Positions 59,561 through 64,000 of a stretch of DNA of 64,000 nt are shown piece after piece. Made by a program: the position numbers and the translations under genes. Where the stretch lies: contig CAZXND010000001.1 of the NCBI GenBank assembly GCA_964641355.1, positions 151,858 through 215,857 of the forward strand, in the 5' to 3' direction. Numbering within the stretch: position 1 is the stretch's first letter; every line of letters starts with the position of its first letter. Origin of the DNA: an uncultured Gammaproteobacteria bacterium (GTDB lineage: Bacteria; Patescibacteriota; Microgenomatia; Levybacterales; GWA1-39-11). The notes beneath the pieces were generated by a model, which saw only the letters and a program-made list of their open reading frames with translations, made no database searches and was not told the origin of the DNA.

Positions 59561-61339
59561 TTAAGAAGTAATTCCTCCTATAATTGCCGCTGCTTGTCCA
59601 ACTCCCCCAAGAGCTGCAAAAGCCAGGAGGAAGATTAGAGCTTTACCTTTTTTTGTACTTCCAAAGGCTTTTAATCTTTTTAGTAGCTCGACTTTTTCTT
59701 TTGTTGTTTCTTTTGAAACTCCCATTTCTTTATCAATCATTTCTCCTTTTTTAAGAAGCTCGTTAAACAGTTCTTCTCCGAATTCAGGATTGTTTACTAA
59801 TTTAGTAGCGTCTTCATTGCTTATTCCCACAATCATTCCCCGAGAAAGAATTTCAGTCTTAACACTTTCGCGAAGATTACTCGCAAATTCTGGATCATTA
59901 GCAATTCTCTCTTTGATTTCGACTGCTCTTACCTCTTTTCTAGCCTCAAACTGCATATCCGTCTCTCCTTCATTCTTAACCAAACTATCCTTCGCAAGTC
60001 TTACAATCATAGCGTCATTACCATTCTCTATTAAGTATTTTGTGTACTCTTGAACCTTTTTCCTATCAAACTCAACCTTAATTTGTTTTCCTACTACTTT
60101 TTTAACTTCTGTTGTTTGGATTTGTTTTAAAATGTCTTTTTTGTCGTTATCTTTTTCAGCAGCAATTTCTCTTGTGGTAATCTGATTAAGAGCTTCTATT
60201 CTCGCTTGTGCATCTTGAGCAAGTTGCATTTCTGCTTTAACCGTAATAATACCCTTTGCAGTCTCAATCATTTTCACATCTTGCGCTGCCTTTTCTTTCT
60301 CAGTAGTGTTAAAAGCATCTTCTGCTTTTGTCTCCTGCTCTTTTAGTGCTTCCAGTTCTTCACTTAATCTTTCTTCTTCCTCTTCAAGAGTTTTGATTTT
60401 TCCAGGTAGGCCCTCTTTTTCTGATTTTAACTGAAGATATCTTTGACGTTTCTCACGAGCTTGTCCGAAGGATAGATATTCCTTTTCTTCATTAGAAAGA
60501 CTGCTTGGATCAATTGCATTTTTTGCTTTTGCCGCAGCGATTGACGTCAATATCTGGTCAGGTCTCGCTTTTGCACCATACATTTCAAAAAAAGCAACTT
60601 CTATCGGCCTGTCATAAATTTCAAAATCCTTCACTCCTGAACTTTCAAGGTTAGAAAGCTCTCCTGCAATAGTAAGGTTTCCACTTGCATCGGCAAGTTG
60701 TCCATTAAATTCTTCCTGCCTACTTTTCGCCTGAGCCAAATCTTTAGAACTATTTTCTCTTTCCCCTTCTTTCCTTTCACGATCTTTCTTGGCCTTATCA
60801 AATTCTTTTCTAGTCATAACAAGCTTTGCCTCAATCTCACTCGGTCCAAAACCTTGCTCAAGAACTTTTTTTATCTCTTCCTGAAGATTCTTATTGCCCA
60901 AAACGAATTTTGCGACCTCTCTTGTCTCATCCTCACTCAATCCACCAAACACCTCTTCGTTAGCTTGAAACCTAGCGGTAACCTGATCTAGTATTTTATC
61001 TTGATTTGTTCTATCGATATTAGCAAACCCTTTTTCAGCAATTTCTTGGGCTAACTGTAAATTCTCTTTTGCCTCTTGGTATTCTTGTACGCGATCCCCC
61101 GGAGGACTTCCCAGTCTATCTTCGAATCTCTCTTGAGCGTTGAAATCTAAGTTATTTTCTTGTTGAGCAAATTTTTTTAGTATATCTTCTGCATTTTGAT
61201 TTTTCGCTAATTCTTCCCTAATTCTTTGTCCCATATCACGATTTGTCTGCTGCTCAGGAGTAAGATGTGCCCCTGGTGCTACCGGCTTTCTTTCAGTCAT
61301 TGATCTAACCGCAATTTCTGCTTTATTGATGTCCGCCAT
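59561..61339 (-). CDS. Hypothetical coiled-coil protein with C-terminal hydrophobic helix
   Basis: E/K/A/Q-rich heptads; ends KKGKALIFLLAFAALGGVGQAAAIIGG. Confidence 0.8.
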   Translation of the reverse strand: MADINKAEIAVRSMTERKPVAPGAHLTPEQQTNRDMGQRIREELAKNQNAEDILKKFAQQENNLDFNAQERFEDRLGSPPGDRVQEYQEAKENLQLAQEIAEKGFANIDRTNQDKILDQVTARFQANEEVFGGLSEDETREVAKFVLGNKNLQEEIKKVLEQGFGPSEIEAKLVMTRKEFDKAKKDRERKEGERENSSKDLAQAKSRQEEFNGQLADASGNLTIAGELSNLESSGVKDFEIYDRPIEVAFFEMYGAKARPDQILTSIAAAKAKNAIDPSSLSNEEKEYLSFGQAREKRQRYLQLKSEKEGLPGKIKTLEEEEERLSEELEALKEQETKAEDAFNTTEKEKAAQDVKMIETAKGIITVKAEMQLAQDAQARIEALNQITTREIAAEKDNDKKDILKQIQTTEVKKVVGKQIKVEFDRKKVQEYTKYLIENGNDAMIVRLAKDSLVKNEGETDMQFEARKEVRAVEIKERIANDPEFASNLRESVKTEILSRGMIVGISNEDATKLVNNPEFGEELFNELLKKGEMIDKEMGVSKETTKEKVELLKRLKAFGSTKKGKALIFLLAFAALGGVGQAAAIIGGITS

Positions 61340-61679
61340 TGCTTATTTTTATCTCCTCTCTCACTATATTTAGCGCCTCATCTATTTTTCCTTCTTTTGC
61401 GAGTTCGCTTGCGGCCTCAGCCACTTCCTCATCTTTTTTTTCCTGAACCTCTCCACTCTCCACAACCAAAAGATAAGAAAAGACAGACCATTTTGATGAT
61501 AATACGCGAAGAAAATTGATAAGCTCCTCGTGTGTATTTACTTTTTCCATCTCCTTAACTATGAATGAAGAAAGAGAGGGGACTTCTTTTGATGGGATCA
61601 TATCCTGCTCAAGAGCATCTGCTATCAACTCCACTATTTTTTTTGCAACTTCCCTTTTATGCTCTGGCGTTAAATCCAT
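61323..61679 (-). CDS. Small acidic hypothetical protein
   Basis: 118-aa helical ORF overlapping the start of the downstream coiled-coil gene. Confidence 0.75.
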   Translation of the reverse strand: MDLTPEHKREVAKKIVELIADALEQDMIPSKEVPSLSSFIVKEMEKVNTHEELINFLRVLSSKWSVFSYLLVVESGEVQEKKDEEVAEAASELAKEGKIDEALNIVREEIKISNGGHQ

Positions 61680-61914
61680 ACTATTTTATTATTGGATAAT
61701 TAAATTTTAATGTCAAACAAACTCTGAAATTAAAATCCTATAAAGTTGAGACTCAAGTAATATTTCCAAAACGATTTATACCCATAGTTTTCACGATTTG
61801 TGCCTAGCTTGATATAGTTAATAGCCTTGCAATGAAAATTTTCACGTTATACGCTTAGTTTACGGCTATATACCAATAACTCTGGTGTATTTCTCGCCCA
61901 GAAAGGCTCGTAAT

Positions 61915-63051
61915 ATGGAAATGGAGAATCATCCGATTCCCCTTGATGTTACAGGATTTAAATTTAGACTGATAGGAAGCATGACTGTTAAGCAGTTTTT
62001 GTATCTTTTGGCTTCTGGAATACTTGTATCGCTTACACTTCTTCTTCCCTGGCCACTTTTAATAAGAGTTCCAATGATTACTTTTTTCTCTTTGGTTGGA
62101 TTTAGTCTGGCTTTTATTCCAATCGATGGAAGACCCATGGATAAAATGATTGCTAGCTTTGCAAAACACGTTCTGTTTACAGAAGACTTGTGGGTTTATC
62201 GAAAAAAAGGAGCAAATATTGCTTCTTATGAAATCTTCCAAGAACCCAAAGTTGAAACAAAACCCGCTCCACAAGAACCATCCCAACCAAGTATACGCAC
62301 TTTTGCTATTAAAAAACCTCACGTAAAACTCGAGCAAGAAGAACTCGATTTTTTGAAAAGAGTACGAGGGTTTTTCTCAGAATCAGCCGTTCAACAACAA
62401 CCAGTTATAAATTCTACAACTTCTTCTCCCCATCCAACGCAAACAGAAGGAGAAGAAGCCTTGAAAATCCGCACTGAGATTCAACAAATTAAAAATCGTG
62501 TGGAAGTTGAAGGTCCAACAGAAGAATTAAAAAAAAGACTTACAGAACTCGAAGCAAGACTTAGCAATATTCTCGCTCAAAATATTGCCCTTCAAAATAA
62601 AGTATTTGAATTTCAAAGACAAATTCCAGACAAGGCTTACCAGGTGGAAGGCAAACCTACTATAACACCTAACGCAAGACTAGTAGACAGCGCAAGTCAA
62701 GTTAAGGCTGGCTTTCCAATGCTTCCTGATATCCCAAACGTGATACTTGGAATAGTAAAAGATCCCAGAGGTAGGATTTTACCTGGAATTATAGTCGAAG
62801 TGGTAGATCAAAATAATATTCCAGTGCGTGCTTTTAAAACAAATAAATTAGGACAATTTGCTGCCGCAACACCTCTTCCAAATGGAAAATATAAAATAAT
62901 TTTTGAAGATCCTCAAAAAAACAACGAGTTTGAAACAATCGAGATAGACCTTAATGGACAAATTTTTCAACCGCTTGAGGTTATTTCAATTGATCAAAGA
63001 GAGAGACTTAGACAAGAGCTCTTTGGTAAGACAAATTCGTTACAAAACTAA
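61915..63051 (+). CDS. PrgI-family (VirB3-like) protein with coiled coil and C-terminal carboxypeptidase-regulatory-like domain
   Basis: HPIP..FRLIGSMTVKQF, 2 TM, IDGRPMD; GIVKDPRG..RAFKTNKLGQF. Confidence 0.85.
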   Translation: MEMENHPIPLDVTGFKFRLIGSMTVKQFLYLLASGILVSLTLLLPWPLLIRVPMITFFSLVGFSLAFIPIDGRPMDKMIASFAKHVLFTEDLWVYRKKGANIASYEIFQEPKVETKPAPQEPSQPSIRTFAIKKPHVKLEQEELDFLKRVRGFFSESAVQQQPVINSTTSSPHPTQTEGEEALKIRTEIQQIKNRVEVEGPTEELKKRLTELEARLSNILAQNIALQNKVFEFQRQIPDKAYQVEGKPTITPNARLVDSASQVKAGFPMLPDIPNVILGIVKDPRGRILPGIIVEVVDQNNIPVRAFKTNKLGQFAAATPLPNGKYKIIFEDPQKNNEFETIEIDLNGQIFQPLEVISIDQRERLRQELFGKTNSLQN

Positions 63052-63052
63052 T

Positions 63053-63685
63053 ATGTCAAAGAGGAAAATTTCATCAACAACACAGGACTTTACAGAACTA
63101 ATAGACATAATCGATGGAATCGCTTTTTTCAAAAATAGGAATTCAGCTCTTGTTGTTGAAGTTTCATCAGTTAATTTTTCACTGCTCTCCCCCGATGAGC
63201 AGAACTCAAGGATCTATGGCTACATGAGTCTTTTAAATTCTCTTTCTTTTCCAATCCAAGTCCTAGTAGTAAGTCAGAAAATAAATATGTCTTCCTATGT
63301 AAAAACATTAGATCAAAGAATCACAAGTTCACAAAACTCAAGAATTTCAAAACACTTAGTCGAATATAAAAACTTTATAAAAGAGCTCACAAAAACGGAA
63401 GGACTTCTTGACAAAACGATCTATGTAGTTATTCCACTCACCCCTCTTGAGCTTGGAATATCAAACGTTGCAAAAGAGATAAAAAAACAAGCCGAGTTTG
63501 TAGAAACAACTAGAAAAACACTTAATAGTCGGGCAGCAAGCGTTATTAACCAACTACAAAGACTAGGTCTTACAGCAAAAGTACTCAACTCAGACGATTT
63601 AGCAAGACTTTACCATAATATTTATAACCAAGAATCGATAAATATAGAGTATGAGTCACAGGATTTAAAGAATGTGATTTTATAA
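63053..63685 (+). CDS. T4SS-associated protein resembling the VirB4 N-terminal region
   Basis: VSSVNFSLLSPDEQ..LLNSLSFPIQV; between PrgI and VirB4. Confidence 0.7.
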   Translation: MSKRKISSTTQDFTELIDIIDGIAFFKNRNSALVVEVSSVNFSLLSPDEQNSRIYGYMSLLNSLSFPIQVLVVSQKINMSSYVKTLDQRITSSQNSRISKHLVEYKNFIKELTKTEGLLDKTIYVVIPLTPLELGISNVAKEIKKQAEFVETTRKTLNSRAASVINQLQRLGLTAKVLNSDDLARLYHNIYNQESINIEYESQDLKNVIL

Positions 63686-63689
63686 AAAT

Positions 63690-64000
63690 ATGTTTGGAAA
63701 AAAGAAACAAGCAACTCCACCTCAACCCAAAATCTCTCCGTCTATGTCTGCTTTAAAAAGCGGATCGATATCACTTGTAGATTTAATCGCCCCCTCATCG
63801 GTTGAAGTAGATTTTAAATTCGTTAGGATCGGGGATAGTTTTTTTAGAACCTTCTTCGTTGCAGATTATCCAAGAGTCGTGTCTCCAGGCTGGCTTTCAA
63901 GCCTTATCGACTTTAAGGAATCAATGAATATCTCCATGTTTATTTACCCAGTTCAAAGCTCAGACGTTTTATCTAACCTCCGAAGAAAAATTGCCGAGAT
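63690..64000 (+). CDS. VirB4-like ATPase, 5' part (runs off the window end)
   Basis: Manual translation MFGKKK..DLIAPSSVEVDF..RTFFVADYPR..GWLSSLI..ISMFIYP; Walker motifs lie outside the window. Confidence 0.75.
   Translation, partial: MFGKKKQATPPQPKISPSMSALKSGSISLVDLIAPSSVEVDFKFVRIGDSFFRTFFVADYPRVVSPGWLSSLIDFKESMNISMFIYPVQSSDVLSNLRRKIAE

Noticed and set aside
61833-61844. Palindrome TGAAAATTTTCA upstream of the PrgI gene (possible operator or oriT)
   Set aside because: AT-rich 12-mer, single copy, no relaxase in the window

Overview
AT-rich, gene-dense bacterial chromosome segment in genetic code 11. Gene content and style point to a Patescibacteria/CPR genome, probably Microgenomates (inference). 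In order it contains: the hrcA-grpE-dnaK and groES-groEL chaperone genes with CIRCE-like sites; metG, lepA, murJ, rpsT, tpiA and pcrA; a large envelope/glycosylation set (UbiA-type prenyl-phosphate phosphoribosyltransferase, WecA-like, several GT-C membrane transferases, LCP, FemABX); pilN/pilO; a Ni-superoxide dismutase pair (sodN-sodX); three tRNAs, including a rare tRNA-Ile(UAU); smpB-ssrA; comF; a B12-dependent ribonucleotide reduction module (nrdR-nrdJ-cobalamin riboswitch-pduO); and a relaxase-less T4SS-like locus (VirD4, VirB6-like, four VirB2-like pilins, PrgI, VirB4) interleaved with opposite-strand orphan coiled-coil genes. The most novel signal is a pair of 51-nt structured elements (46171-46221 and 49452-49502). 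They show compensatory base changes and each sits 27-28 nt upstream of a start codon in the nrdJ operon, which makes them a candidate undescribed cis-regulatory RNA linked to an unannotated zinc-ribbon gene pair. No CRISPR array, rRNA, transposase or integrase was seen.
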